Of a stretch of 64,000 nt of DNA, positions 1 through 9,444 are shown piece by piece. The notes beneath the pieces are model-generated. The model saw only the letters and a list, made by a program, of their open reading frames with translations. It searched no databases and was not told where the DNA came from. The position numbers and the translations under genes are program-made. The DNA lies in contig CAVGCY010000055.1 in NCBI GenBank assembly GCA_963627915.1, forward strand, positions 2,609-66,608. The letters run 5' to 3'. Origin of the DNA: Bacteroidaceae bacterium (GTDB lineage Bacteria; Bacillota; Clostridia; Oscillospirales; Acutalibacteraceae). The number at the start of each line of letters is the position of its first letter. Position 1 is the stretch's first letter.

Positions 1-960
1 CTTGCTCAGGGGACGGAAAAATATCATACGGGCAAAAACATTCTTTCACCCGCGAAAGCTCCGAATACCGCAGTTATGTTTGACTTCGTCGGCGACAGCA
101 TTACTCTTGACGAATTTGTAAAGCAACTTACCGACAGCGAGCTTATCGAGTTTACCGGCGGTCATCAGAACCAATCCGGAGTATGCAACACGGGCGCATT
201 CGGCGGACTTAAAAGGCTCAACGTTCCTGCAGTTCCGACAGCCGACGGTCCGGCGGGCATAAGGCTTGACGAAAAAACCGGCGTTCCGACTACAGCATGG
301 CCGTGCGCCGCGCTTCTTGCATGCACATGGAACACCGATCTCATATACGAAGTCGGCAAAGCGGGCGGCGCAGAGCTTAAAGAAAACAACCTCGGCGTAT
401 GGCTTGCCCCCGCTATGAACATACACAGAAACCCTCTGTGCGGACGCAATTTCGAATACTTCTCAGAGGACCCCGTTCTCTCCGGCAAATGCTGCGCGGC
501 GGAAGTACGAGGTATACAGTCGAATAATGTTTCGGCGGCGGTTAAGCACTTCGCATGCAACAACAGAGAATCAAACCGTTACGAAAGCGATTCGAGAGTT
601 TCCGAAAGAGCGTTACGGGAGATTTATTTAAAAGGCTTTGAAATAGTCGTAAAGGAAGCCGACCCATGGTGCATTATGTCCTCATACAACAGAATCAACG
701 GTCAGCATACATCCCAAAGTTATGAACTCCTCACCGAAATACTCAGAAACGAATGGGGCTTCAACGGAATGGTAACGACCGACTGGGGAGCGGCAAGCCT
801 TCATTCGGACGATATATCCGCAGGCGGAGATATTAAAATGGGCGAAGGCTGCCCGGAAGAATTGAAAAAAGCACTTGATTCGGGCAAAATTACGCGAGCA
901 GACCTTGAAGCCTGCGTAAAACGCATACTCTCACTCATTCTCAAGACAGCGGAATACTGA
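1..960 (+). CDS. Glycoside hydrolase family 3 (beta-glucosidase/xylosidase-like). This is the 3' part; the gene starts upstream of the window.
   Basis: Frame 1 is open from nt 1 with no stop before the first Met at 76. GH3 catalytic-domain motifs are present: GPAGIRL, KHFACNNRE, and the nucleophile motif GFNGMVTTDW. A stop at 958-960 is followed by a hairpin. Confidence 0.85.
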   Translation, partial: LAQGTEKYHTGKNILSPAKAPNTAVMFDFVGDSITLDEFVKQLTDSELIEFTGGHQNQSGVCNTGAFGGLKRLNVPAVPTADGPAGIRLDEKTGVPTTAWPCAALLACTWNTDLIYEVGKAGGAELKENNLGVWLAPAMNIHRNPLCGRNFEYFSEDPVLSGKCCAAEVRGIQSNNVSAAVKHFACNNRESNRYESDSRVSERALREIYLKGFEIVVKEADPWCIMSSYNRINGQHTSQSYELLTEILRNEWGFNGMVTTDWGAASLHSDDISAGGDIKMGEGCPEELKKALDSGKITRADLEACVKRILSLILKTAEY

Positions 961-976
961 ATTTAACACATAATAT

Positions 977-1016
977 AATCCCGAAACCGTATTAATAATT
1001 GCACGGTTTCGGGATT
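977..1016. terminator. Bidirectional intrinsic terminator hairpin between convergent genes
   Basis: A perfect 14-bp stem (aatcccgaaaccgt / acggtttcgggatt) with a 12-nt loop. It is flanked by an A-rich run upstream and a T-rich run downstream. Confidence 0.7.
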
Positions 1017-1019
1017 TAT

Positions 1020-2084
1020 TTAATATAAGTACGAAAAATAAACGGTTCTTGTAAATTCAGCATTCGGATGCCCTAACATTACGGACAATTCGGATATATC
1101 GACGCCGTTGCGAATACAATTAAACGCAAATGTATTTCTCAAAACAGCAAGTCCGAATTTTGAATACTTAGAATAAAGCATCGTGTTTTTAAGCACCGCG
1201 TCATAAGTTACGCTTATACTTCTTTTAAATCTCGACGCTCCGTCCGAATTTTTCATTTCTTCGTATCTCGGCAGCGAAGCAAACACATCGCCGATAAGAT
1301 TTTTCGCGGTTTTTGTAAGCATAATTCTGCGCTCGAAGGGCAAATCGATACCGCCGGATAAATCTGAAAAGTCACCGCAAAACGAAATTTCCGCCGAATT
1401 AACCTTCAGAAAACCGCCGTCCGACGAACCGTATTTCACAGAAGCAAGCTCGCCCGCCGTCAGTCCCGTATACATCATAAACATAACCGATGAACCGAGA
1501 TTATAGTAAGGCTTTGACGCGCCGTAAATTCTCAGCGCTTCCTTCATTATGCGGTTTCTCTCGTTAGTTTTCAGACACACGGGAGCAATTATATTTTTGT
1601 CACGGATATAAACACCGAAATTTCTCGACGGAATGTCAGCAAAGCCTGTAACGGATTTATAACGTTTTAAGCACGAATACAGAAACATAATAAACTGCGT
1701 CATCCCCGACATGCTTAAGCCCGACAACAGTAAACTGTTTGCGCAAAACAGCATATCATCCTCACAGGTCAGCACTGCGGGGATATCGGGAATCATAATG
1801 CTGAGAGAACCGAATTTACCGCGTATAAATTCGCTTTCGGTCAAATCCGCGCACAGTCCGGCAAGATTGCTCAAACTAAGAAACGGATCTTTCATAATTT
1901 TATCGTCAATCCTCGCCTCACGCCTTCGCCGTGACAAGACGGCAACAACATCCGACTTTCTGCCGGCAGTATATATCTCCGTACTCGGCTGACCGCGAAC
2001 GGGAACATGGCGCAGTTCGCCCGTCCAGAAGTCATTTCCTTCCTCCCTGAATATTCGACTCTGTATCATCGGTCTGTCTGACAA
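1020..2084 (-). CDS. Tyrosine recombinase (phage integrase)-like protein with atypical active-site residues
   Basis: The C-terminal region reads YTGLTAGELASVKY ... LRNTFAFNCIRNGVDISELSVMLGHPNAEFTRTVY. This resembles integrase box I and box II, but box I Arg appears to be replaced by Thr, and the His residues around the box II Arg by Ala and Asn. Confidence 0.6.
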   Translation of the reverse strand: MSDRPMIQSRIFREEGNDFWTGELRHVPVRGQPSTEIYTAGRKSDVVAVLSRRRREARIDDKIMKDPFLSLSNLAGLCADLTESEFIRGKFGSLSIMIPDIPAVLTCEDDMLFCANSLLLSGLSMSGMTQFIMFLYSCLKRYKSVTGFADIPSRNFGVYIRDKNIIAPVCLKTNERNRIMKEALRIYGASKPYYNLGSSVMFMMYTGLTAGELASVKYGSSDGGFLKVNSAEISFCGDFSDLSGGIDLPFERRIMLTKTAKNLIGDVFASLPRYEEMKNSDGASRFKRSISVTYDAVLKNTMLYSKYSKFGLAVLRNTFAFNCIRNGVDISELSVMLGHPNAEFTRTVYFSYLY

Positions 2085-2090
2085 TTTAAA

Positions 2091-2327
2091 TTACCCCTTT
2101 GAGGCTTCTTCGTCATCGGATATCGTAAACAATTCGTTCGGAGTGCATGAAAATATAACGCACAGAGCCTCAATATTATCATACTGTATCGATTTTGTCT
2201 GATTGTTAATCATACGGCTGAAATTCTGATAACTCATCCCCATCTGCTTATAAAGCCAATACTTTGTTTTACCCTTTTGTTCCAACAAATTCAGAACATT
2301 TAACTTTATCATAAGATATGTCTCCAT
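2091..2327 (-). CDS. XRE-family helix-turn-helix transcriptional regulator
   Basis: A 78-aa protein with a typical HTH_3 pattern: LLEQKGKTKYWLYKQMGMSYQNFSRMINNQTKSIQYDNIEALCVIFSCTPNELF. It ends 7 nt upstream of the integrase-like gene. Confidence 0.8.
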   Translation of the reverse strand: METYLMIKLNVLNLLEQKGKTKYWLYKQMGMSYQNFSRMINNQTKSIQYDNIEALCVIFSCTPNELFTISDDEEASKG

Positions 2328-2472
2328 AATATACTATTTAATGAGATAATATCTTATTTTTTCACGTTTTATATAGACTAATTCATTAAAGAATGAAAAC
2401 ATATATAATATATAAATAAGTCACTTAAGCATTGCATTTTTATCCGCCCGAAATTAAATCGGGCAACATTAA

Positions 2473-2507
2473 CGCCCCCCGAAGGAATATGAAACCTTCG
2501 GGGGGCG
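2473..2507 (-). terminator. GC-rich hairpin downstream of the dockerin-protein gene
   Basis: A 13-bp perfect stem (cgccccccgaagg / ccttcggggggcg), 42 nt after the stop at 2549. The downstream T-tract is weak. Confidence 0.5.
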
Positions 2508-2548
2508 GACTTCATAAATTCATTATATCGAATATCGTTAAATACTTT

Positions 2549-5242
2549 TTAAAAAAGCTCCGGGTTCAGTCTGGCTGAAAATCTCAGCGCGCTCCTTGCT
2601 TCTGCTGCCGATATCTTACCGTCTGAGTTTAAATCTCCGGCAGACAATTCCACAGCGTTCGTTCTATCAAGCTTTGAAGCAATTCTAAGCATTGCACGCG
2701 CATCCGCGGCAGTTATCTTACCGTCGGAATTTACGTCGCCCATAACGATTATTACGTATTTTACATCGAAAAACGTAAGAACATTGCCGTTTTTTATCAG
2801 TGAATCCTGTGGTGAATCCAAAACAGAAGAAACAAACTGAGAATCAAATTCCCGCTGCGTAACTCCGCTCGGCTTCGGAGATTTAACTCTTATAATTTTA
2901 TTCTCGTAATCTACCGTAACATAACTACCGCCGACAGCTTCAAGTCCCGTATTTTCATTGTCCGAGGGCTTGTCATTATCCGCCAAGGGTTCGGTATTGT
3001 CAGGCTCGGAATTTGTTGCAGGTTCAGAGTCTGTTGCAGGTTCGGGGTCTGTTACGGGTTCAGCGGTTGTAACAGGCTCAGGCGCTGTCACAGGCTCGGG
3101 ATCTGTCACAGGCTCGGGATCTGTCACAGGCTCGGGATCTGTTACAGGCTCGGGATCTGCTACAGGTTCGGGATTTGTTACAGGCTCGGAATTTGTTGAC
3201 GGCTCTTCAGCCGAGCAGACCGTACAAATACCGTTTTCAAACGAATGTCCGAGCGTGGGAATAGACTTCGCCTGTGAAATAATCTCTCCGCATAATGAAC
3301 ATACTACAGTGCCGGTACTTCCGTCCTGCGTGCATGTCGGTGCAATTTCATCACGAGTTTCAGTCTTTTCATGACGGCACTGCGTCGGTGTTTCGGAATC
3401 GGAATCCGTATAATCAGCCCAAAGGAAAACATTTTCATTTCCGTTTTCGGGCCATGTCGGAGTAACGGACGAGTCGGAAACAAAACTGTATTTAACCGAA
3501 TCGGAATTAATATTAAAAACAGCCTCTGCAAAAATATATTGATTTTCTGCCGCTGAGAGCGGTTCAAATCTCAACTCAAGATAATCTCCGCTTGTACTCA
3601 TACTTATGCCTCCGACGCATCCGTCCTCAGGCATATAAATATCGGCAAGATACAGTCCGTCGGGAATTGAAAATCCGGTAACGACAGACGAAGCAAAATC
3701 CGCATTTTTTGCGCCTATTGTGAGCGTATACGTATTATTCTCCTTGTCAATCGACGACTTGAACCATGCGCACGGGCTCTGCAAACCGCATCTTTTACAT
3801 ACTCCGTCCGAAAAATCATGACCGAGGGATTCCTCATATACGCCGGCATCCAATACGGCATGACATTCCGAACAGTATTTAATCCCTTTAATTCCCGATT
3901 TCGTACATGTCGGTTCTATATTCTTCGTTACAAACGATGAATGAGAATATACTCCAGTTTCCAATGATTTAACAGCGCAGGCAGGGTTTATATAATAATT
4001 TGTCAAACTGCTTGTGTCGCCTGCGTACCATACGACGTTCATCTGTGAATCAACCGTCGGCTGACAGTCGGAGAGAATGAGATATTTACTGCGTTCTATA
4101 TCTCCTATACGCTTTCCGTCAGCGTCAATAAAACAATAAGCAGTCAATGTATCGCCGTCGTTATTTCTTTCGGTCCACATCAAAGCATAGAGATTATCAT
4201 TTATTTTAACAAGCTTCGGCGTATAGCCGGCAGCCGCAGCGTCATATGATGTTATTTTAACGGTATTAACCGCGTTCAGATTTCTATCCGCGACGGCAAG
4301 GTAAATATTTCCGTTATAGCTTGAATAAACTCCGTTTTCGTCCGTATCCGTTTTTGTATATGCAACAAGAACGTTTGAAGGCGTAAGCTCCATGCCTCCT
4401 ACGCTGATACCTGTTTCGTTATCACCGGGATTACCGGCAATTTCAACGAGATTTAACGAACCGACATTACCCGAAACAGAGCCGGGCGCACCTTTTGTAA
4501 GAACAACGGCACGCGGATAGGAGTCGCCGTGATCGACTCTGTAAACGCCGGAATTATCGGTTTTTATAAATTGATTAAAAGAGTGGCTGACATAGCCCGT
4601 ATCTATATTCCAAACACTGCTTGCCGAGTCGTCAAGACGCATTGATTCCTCGTCAACCATAAAGGACATATTTGCCTGATGATTAAATCCGTCCTCGGTT
4701 GTATACATTTTGTGCGACGTGTGAATATATAGTGCGCCGCCGTACTCGTCCATTCTTAAAGAGCCGGATTCAAACGGAATAAAAGTATTTATCCCCGATA
4801 TTCCGCAAACGCCGAGCTGTTCAAAATCCTTTGAATATTTAACGACCCTTACAACCTCCGCGTCGTCGGATTCATCAGTATTATTCTGTCCGAAAACGGC
4901 AAAGTTGTATTTCTCACCCGAAAAAAATCCTCCGAAAAGCGGAAGCGGAGCATCAATCGCTTTTTCCGATATAACATTACCGTCCAAATCGGAAACCGAA
5001 ACGGCAAGAATTCCGTCCGAATAATACACTCTGACAAAATTACCGTCCGAAATATAAACATATGAATTATTGACGCTTGACCATTTCGTATCCGCCGCTC
5101 CGATTCCGGTATACTCGCCTGCATATTCGTTGTTCAAAACCGAAAGTTCGTTCTGAGCAGATATCGGAGTAAAAACAACCGACGAAAAAATAATGCACAG
5201 CGTAAGAAAAAAAACAAGTATTCTTCTTATAGAATTATTCAT
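2549..5242 (-). CDS. Secreted dockerin-containing (cellulosome-associated) protein with Cys-rich modules and a PEPVTD linker
   Basis: Signal peptide MNNSIRRILVFFLTLCIIFSSVVFTPISAQ, taken from the internal Met at 5242. The C-terminus carries a duplicated dockerin Ca-binding repeat (GDVNSDGKITAADARAMLR ... GDLNSDGKISAAEARSALR). There are two CTxxG..CxxC..LGH..CxxC modules. Confidence 0.85.
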   Translation of the reverse strand: MNNSIRRILVFFLTLCIIFSSVVFTPISAQNELSVLNNEYAGEYTGIGAADTKWSSVNNSYVYISDGNFVRVYYSDGILAVSVSDLDGNVISEKAIDAPLPLFGGFFSGEKYNFAVFGQNNTDESDDAEVVRVVKYSKDFEQLGVCGISGINTFIPFESGSLRMDEYGGALYIHTSHKMYTTEDGFNHQANMSFMVDEESMRLDDSASSVWNIDTGYVSHSFNQFIKTDNSGVYRVDHGDSYPRAVVLTKGAPGSVSGNVGSLNLVEIAGNPGDNETGISVGGMELTPSNVLVAYTKTDTDENGVYSSYNGNIYLAVADRNLNAVNTVKITSYDAAAAGYTPKLVKINDNLYALMWTERNNDGDTLTAYCFIDADGKRIGDIERSKYLILSDCQPTVDSQMNVVWYAGDTSSLTNYYINPACAVKSLETGVYSHSSFVTKNIEPTCTKSGIKGIKYCSECHAVLDAGVYEESLGHDFSDGVCKRCGLQSPCAWFKSSIDKENNTYTLTIGAKNADFASSVVTGFSIPDGLYLADIYMPEDGCVGGISMSTSGDYLELRFEPLSAAENQYIFAEAVFNINSDSVKYSFVSDSSVTPTWPENGNENVFLWADYTDSDSETPTQCRHEKTETRDEIAPTCTQDGSTGTVVCSLCGEIISQAKSIPTLGHSFENGICTVCSAEEPSTNSEPVTNPEPVADPEPVTDPEPVTDPEPVTDPEPVTAPEPVTTAEPVTDPEPATDSEPATNSEPDNTEPLADNDKPSDNENTGLEAVGGSYVTVDYENKIIRVKSPKPSGVTQREFDSQFVSSVLDSPQDSLIKNGNVLTFFDVKYVIIVMGDVNSDGKITAADARAMLRIASKLDRTNAVELSAGDLNSDGKISAAEARSALRFSARLNPELF
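3006..3200 (-). repeat. In-frame tandem 18-nt repeat (about 11 units) encoding a (P/S)EPVTD linker
   Basis: Units such as ggctcgggatctgtcaca recur head to tail. The translation is PEPVADPEPVTDPEPVTDPEPVTDPEPVTAPEPVTT... Confidence 0.9.
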
Positions 5243-5381
5243 ATTTACCCTCCTAAATATTGATATATTTAATACAAAAACCAATATATTCTGAGTATAT
5301 TATATAAAAAATGTATAACATGCGTCAACAAAAATATGAATAATTTGTAAACTTTTAAATTCACAACATTACGTTAAAATC

Positions 5382-5423
5382 ACCGCGAAGACAGCGAAAA
5401 ATCATCTCGTCCGTCTCCGCGGT
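5382..5423 (-). terminator. Candidate terminator hairpin after leuS
   Basis: An 11-bp stem (accgcgaagac / gtctccgcggt, one mismatch), about 50 nt downstream of the leuS stop. The T-tract on the minus strand is weak. Confidence 0.4.
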
Positions 5424-5471
5424 TAATGCTGTTTTTTTAATTCAGATATTTAATACAATCCGTCCGTACTA

Positions 5472-7877
5472 TTATTTTGCTACGATATTTACAAGCTTGC
5501 CGGGAACATAAAGCTCCTTGACAATATCCTTGCCCGCAATAGCCTCTTTTATGGTTTCGTCCTGTTTGGCAAGAGCTATAACCTCCTGAGCCGAGAGAGA
5601 AACGTCAACATTCATCCTCGCCCTGATTTTACCGCATATCTGAACGACAATTTCAACGCTGTCCGCCGTGCACTTGGACTCGTCGTATTCAGGCCATGAC
5701 TGCTCTGTAACCGTTCCTCCGAAATTGAGAACGCTCCACTCCTCCTCGGTAACATGAGGAGCGAACGGATTAAGGAGAATCAGCAGCGTTTTAAGCTCGC
5801 CCTTCGTAATCGACCCCTTGTCGTATATCTCATTGAGAACAGTCATAAATGCGGCAATAGCCGTATTGAACTTCATGTTTTCGATATCCTCGGAAACCTT
5901 CTTAATAAGCTTATGCATAGAAGCTTCAAGCTCTTTTGAATACTCGTCGGAATCGGTCACAATCTCCTGAAGATTCCATATTCTGTCTACGAATCTCTTA
6001 CAGCCCTTTACGCTGCTTTCGGACCACGGAGCGGCTTTTTCATAATCGCCCATGAAGAGAACGTAGGTTCTCAAAACGTCCGCGCCGTACTGATCAACAA
6101 CCTCGTTCGGGTCAACGACATTGCCCTTTGACTTGCTCATCTTGTCGCCGTCCGGACCTAAAATAAGTCCCTGCGCGGTTCTCTTGGCATAAGGCTCGTC
6201 AAACGGAACTACGCCGATATCATAGAGGAATTTATGCCAGAATCTCGAATAAATAAGATGTCTGGTTACATGCTCCATACCGCCGTTGTACCAGTCGACC
6301 TGCCCCCAGTATTTAAGCTTGACGGGATCGGCAAGAGCGTCGGAATTGTGAGGATCGATATATCGTAAGAAATACCACGACGAACCCGCCCACTGAGGCA
6401 TGGTATCCGTTTCGCGCTTGGCGCCGCCGCCGCACTTCGGGCATTTGCAGTTTACGAACGAATCAATTTTTGCAAGCGGACTCTGACCGTCCTGTCCGGG
6501 TTCAAAATTTTCAATCTCGGGCAGTTTAAGCGGAAGTTCGTCATAGGGAACGGGAACCATTCCGCAATTCGGACAGTGAACGATAGGTATAGGCTCGCCC
6601 CAGTATCTCTGACGGTTGAACGCCCAGTCCTTCATCTTGTACTGAACGCCTTTTCTGCCTATTCCCTGCTCCTGCAAATAATCGAGTACCTTCGCAATTG
6701 AATCTTTTTTATTCGTATATCCGTTAAGGAAACCGGAATTGACCATTTCGCCGTCGCCTGTATATGCTTCCTTTGAAATATCTCCGCCCTTAATAACCTC
6801 GATTATATCAACGCCGAATTTTTTTGCGAAGTCATAATCCCTCTGATCGTGCGCGGGAACCGCCATAATAGCACCCGTTCCGTAGCCCATCATTACATAG
6901 TCGGAAATAAATATGGGAATCTCCTTACCGTTAAGAGGGTTAACTGCAGAAAATCCGTTAAGACAAACGCCGGTCTTATCCTTTACAAGCTGAGTTCTCT
7001 CAAACTCCGTCTTTTTCGCGCATTCCGCTCTGTACAACTCGACCTCGGAGAAATTGGCTATCATATCCTTATATTTATCTATAAGAGGATGCTCCGGAGC
7101 CATAACCATAAACGTTACGCCGAAAAGAGTATCGGGACGCGTTGTGTATATTTCAAGCTTTTCGTCTGTATTGCTGACTTTAAAATCAACAAACGCGCCC
7201 GTGGATTTTCCTATCCAGTTAATCTGCTGAAGTTTGATATTGGGCAGATAATCCACTTTGTTAAGACCATCGAGAAGCTTATCCGCGTATTCCGTAATAC
7301 GAAGATACCAAACGTCCTTTGACTTCTGAACAATCTCCGAATGACAGATATCACAGTGACCGCCCTGCGAATCCTCGTTTGAAAGAACAACCTTGCACGA
7401 CGGACAGTAGTTTACAAGAGTTTTATCCCTGAAAACAAGTCCTTTTTCAAACATTTTAAGGAATATCCACTGAGTCCATTTGTAATAATCCTCCTGGGTG
7501 GTGTCTATTACTCTCGTCCAGTCGAACGAGAATCCGACTCTCTTAAGCTGATCGGAAAACTTAGCGATATTCATATCCGTAACTTTTCTCGGATGTATGC
7601 CTGTTTTTATTGCGTAGTTTTCAGTGGGAAGTCCGTACGCGTCAAAGCCTATCGGAAAAAGAACGTTATAGCCCTGAAGTCTTCTTTTTCTCGAAACGAC
7701 CTCAAGCCCCGAATACGCCTTTATATGTCCGACATGCATACCTGCGCCCGAAGGATAAGGAAACTCCACAAGTCCGTAGAATTTGGGTTTTTCGGAATTA
7801 TCAACAGCGTGAAACGCCCCCGATTCCTCCCATTTTTTCTGCCATTTAGGTTCAACGGTTTTAAAATCGTAGTACAT
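5472..7877 (-). CDS. leuS: Leucyl-tRNA synthetase
   Basis: An 801-aa protein with the class I HIGH-type motif (GAGMHVGH), KMSKS (DKMSKSKGN) and a CP1 editing domain. RBS GAGGAG lies 8 nt upstream of the ATG. Confidence 0.97.
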   Translation of the reverse strand: MYYDFKTVEPKWQKKWEESGAFHAVDNSEKPKFYGLVEFPYPSGAGMHVGHIKAYSGLEVVSRKRRLQGYNVLFPIGFDAYGLPTENYAIKTGIHPRKVTDMNIAKFSDQLKRVGFSFDWTRVIDTTQEDYYKWTQWIFLKMFEKGLVFRDKTLVNYCPSCKVVLSNEDSQGGHCDICHSEIVQKSKDVWYLRITEYADKLLDGLNKVDYLPNIKLQQINWIGKSTGAFVDFKVSNTDEKLEIYTTRPDTLFGVTFMVMAPEHPLIDKYKDMIANFSEVELYRAECAKKTEFERTQLVKDKTGVCLNGFSAVNPLNGKEIPIFISDYVMMGYGTGAIMAVPAHDQRDYDFAKKFGVDIIEVIKGGDISKEAYTGDGEMVNSGFLNGYTNKKDSIAKVLDYLQEQGIGRKGVQYKMKDWAFNRQRYWGEPIPIVHCPNCGMVPVPYDELPLKLPEIENFEPGQDGQSPLAKIDSFVNCKCPKCGGGAKRETDTMPQWAGSSWYFLRYIDPHNSDALADPVKLKYWGQVDWYNGGMEHVTRHLIYSRFWHKFLYDIGVVPFDEPYAKRTAQGLILGPDGDKMSKSKGNVVDPNEVVDQYGADVLRTYVLFMGDYEKAAPWSESSVKGCKRFVDRIWNLQEIVTDSDEYSKELEASMHKLIKKVSEDIENMKFNTAIAAFMTVLNEIYDKGSITKGELKTLLILLNPFAPHVTEEEWSVLNFGGTVTEQSWPEYDESKCTADSVEIVVQICGKIRARMNVDVSLSAQEVIALAKQDETIKEAIAGKDIVKELYVPGKLVNIVAK

Positions 7878-7914
7878 TATCTATTCTCCTCATATAATAT
7901 CTCAACATTTATAA

Positions 7915-8265
7915 TCAGCCGACATCGTCGAATTTAATTTCCTCAGCGTCGGACCACAGTCTTTCAAGATCATAATAAGCTCTCTGTTCGGGCGTAAAAA
8001 CATGAAGAACAACATCGCCGTAATCTATGAGAATCCAGCCGGTAGCCTTACCCTCAATATTTTTAGGTTCGACGCCGAGCTCTGATGAAACGGCGTCCTC
8101 AACTTCCTCGCACAGAGAGCGTACATGAGTGTTGGACGTGCCGGAGGCAATTATGAAATAATCGGCAAGAACCGTCAGTTCGTCAATTTTAATAGCCTTA
8201 ATATTTTCAGCTTTCTTTTTGTCAAGCACGTGAACGATTTTGTCAACAAGTGAATATGAGTCCAT
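7915..8265 (-). CDS. rsfS: Ribosome silencing factor RsfS (iojap family)
   Basis: A 116-aa protein of typical RsfS length and sequence (ADYFIIASGTSNTHVRSL ... WILIDYGDVVLHVF). The yqeK-rsfS synteny is conserved. Confidence 0.9.
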   Translation of the reverse strand: MDSYSLVDKIVHVLDKKKAENIKAIKIDELTVLADYFIIASGTSNTHVRSLCEEVEDAVSSELGVEPKNIEGKATGWILIDYGDVVLHVFTPEQRAYYDLERLWSDAEEIKFDDVG

Positions 8266-8841
8266 TTATTCGATTCCTTTCAATAATATATCGTTGTAAG
8301 CGTCAATCGTATCGGGATGTATGGGTTTGAGAGCGTTACACAGTTCATCTATCGTAAATCTCAGACCCTCGGTCATGGCTTCATCAAGACTTATCTGCGC
8401 CTTCTCACGCATCTCCTCGACCCCGTTATAATTTCTGTCTGCGGAAATAAAATCGGCGGTAAACAGAACCTTTTCAAGCTCACTCATGCCGGCGCGTCCC
8501 GTCGTATGATAACGTATTGCGGATATAACCTCCGCGTCGTCGATTTCGAGCTCATATTTACAGTAAACGCTTCCGGCAATCGCATGCCAGAGCTTCGGAC
8601 TTTTCCTTTCAAGTTCGGTAAGCTCGATTCCGTATTTTTCAAACAGTGCGAAGATTTCATCCTTATCAGTATTTTTCATTATATCATGGAGAAGCCCCGC
8701 CTCATACGCTTTTTTTTCGTCCGCGCCGTATTTTTTCGCAAGCTCGGCAGACGTTTCAGATACGTTTATCGAATGAACGTATCTGTATTCGTCAAGTTTT
8801 TCGCGCAGAATCGCTCTGTATGTTTCATACTTGTTTTTCAC
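8266..8841 (-). CDS. yqeK: HD-domain bis(5'-nucleosyl)-tetraphosphatase YqeK
   Basis: Contains the HD motif (LLHDIMK) and sits in the conserved position directly after nadD. It overlaps nadD by 17 nt. Confidence 0.88.
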   Translation of the reverse strand: MKNKYETYRAILREKLDEYRYVHSINVSETSAELAKKYGADEKKAYEAGLLHDIMKNTDKDEIFALFEKYGIELTELERKSPKLWHAIAGSVYCKYELEIDDAEVISAIRYHTTGRAGMSELEKVLFTADFISADRNYNGVEEMREKAQISLDEAMTEGLRFTIDELCNALKPIHPDTIDAYNDILLKGIE

Positions 8842-9436
8842 GGTACAATCCCCGCCTCTCTATATATTCCTTTACATCCTCGGATACGAGATTTGAAATA
8901 TCGCGTCCGTTTTTAACGCGCAGGCGAATCTCCGTAGAGCTTATCTCCGGCATAGAAACGGAACAAACCGTAATTTTTTCGGGACGTTTTATAACCAAAC
9001 GCGCATATTCTCTGAGTTTATCCGAGCAAATGCCGCTCTCCCGGCTCACGGCGCACAGAGTTACGTTATCGAGGATTATATTATAATCCTTCCATTTATC
9101 AAAGCTTAAAAGCATATCCGAGCCTACAAATAAAAATATATCGTCGCCCGGGTACATTTTCTTAAATTCCCGGACGGTATCGACCGTATAGCTTTTACCG
9201 GCTCTTTTTATTTCAATATCCGAAACAAAAAACTTATCATATTTTCCGAAAGCAATACGACACATGTTAAGCCTGTCCGAATCCGAAATACCGCCGTTAT
9301 TTTCTTTAAACGGGGAAACGCCTGCGGGAATTATAAACAGTCTGTCAAGCTTCATTATTTCGGACATTCTCTCGGCAAGACAGATATGACCGATGTGCAC
9401 GGGGTTGAAGCTTCCTCCGAAAATACCGGTTCTCAT
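8825..9436 (-). CDS. nadD: Nicotinate-nucleotide adenylyltransferase
   Basis: N-terminal GGSFNPVHIGH nucleotidyltransferase motif. The start is placed at the internal ATG 9436, which is preceded by GGAGG; the longer track ORF would run through the T-box terminator. Confidence 0.92.
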   Translation of the reverse strand: MRTGIFGGSFNPVHIGHICLAERMSEIMKLDRLFIIPAGVSPFKENNGGISDSDRLNMCRIAFGKYDKFFVSDIEIKRAGKSYTVDTVREFKKMYPGDDIFLFVGSDMLLSFDKWKDYNIILDNVTLCAVSRESGICSDKLREYARLVIKRPEKITVCSVSMPEISSTEIRLRVKNGRDISNLVSEDVKEYIERRGLYREKQV

Positions 9437-9444
9437 ACATACCT

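Noticed and set aside
2330-2346. A short palindrome (AGATA-A-TATCT) just upstream of the XRE start, considered as an operator.
   Set aside because: The arms are only 5 bp and the region is very AT-rich, so such a match is expected by chance. It is not reported as a feature.
3006-3200. I considered whether the regular short repeats could be a CRISPR array.
   Set aside because: The period is 18 nt with no unique spacers, the repeats are in frame inside a long ORF and translate to a PEPVTD linker, and no cas genes are nearby.
2958-3374. A 138-aa plus-strand ORF rich in Gly and Ser (GSGSVTGSGSVTG...).
   Set aside because: It is the mirror image of the PEPVTD repeat on the opposite strand. It has no RBS and lies wholly inside the well-supported dockerin-protein gene.
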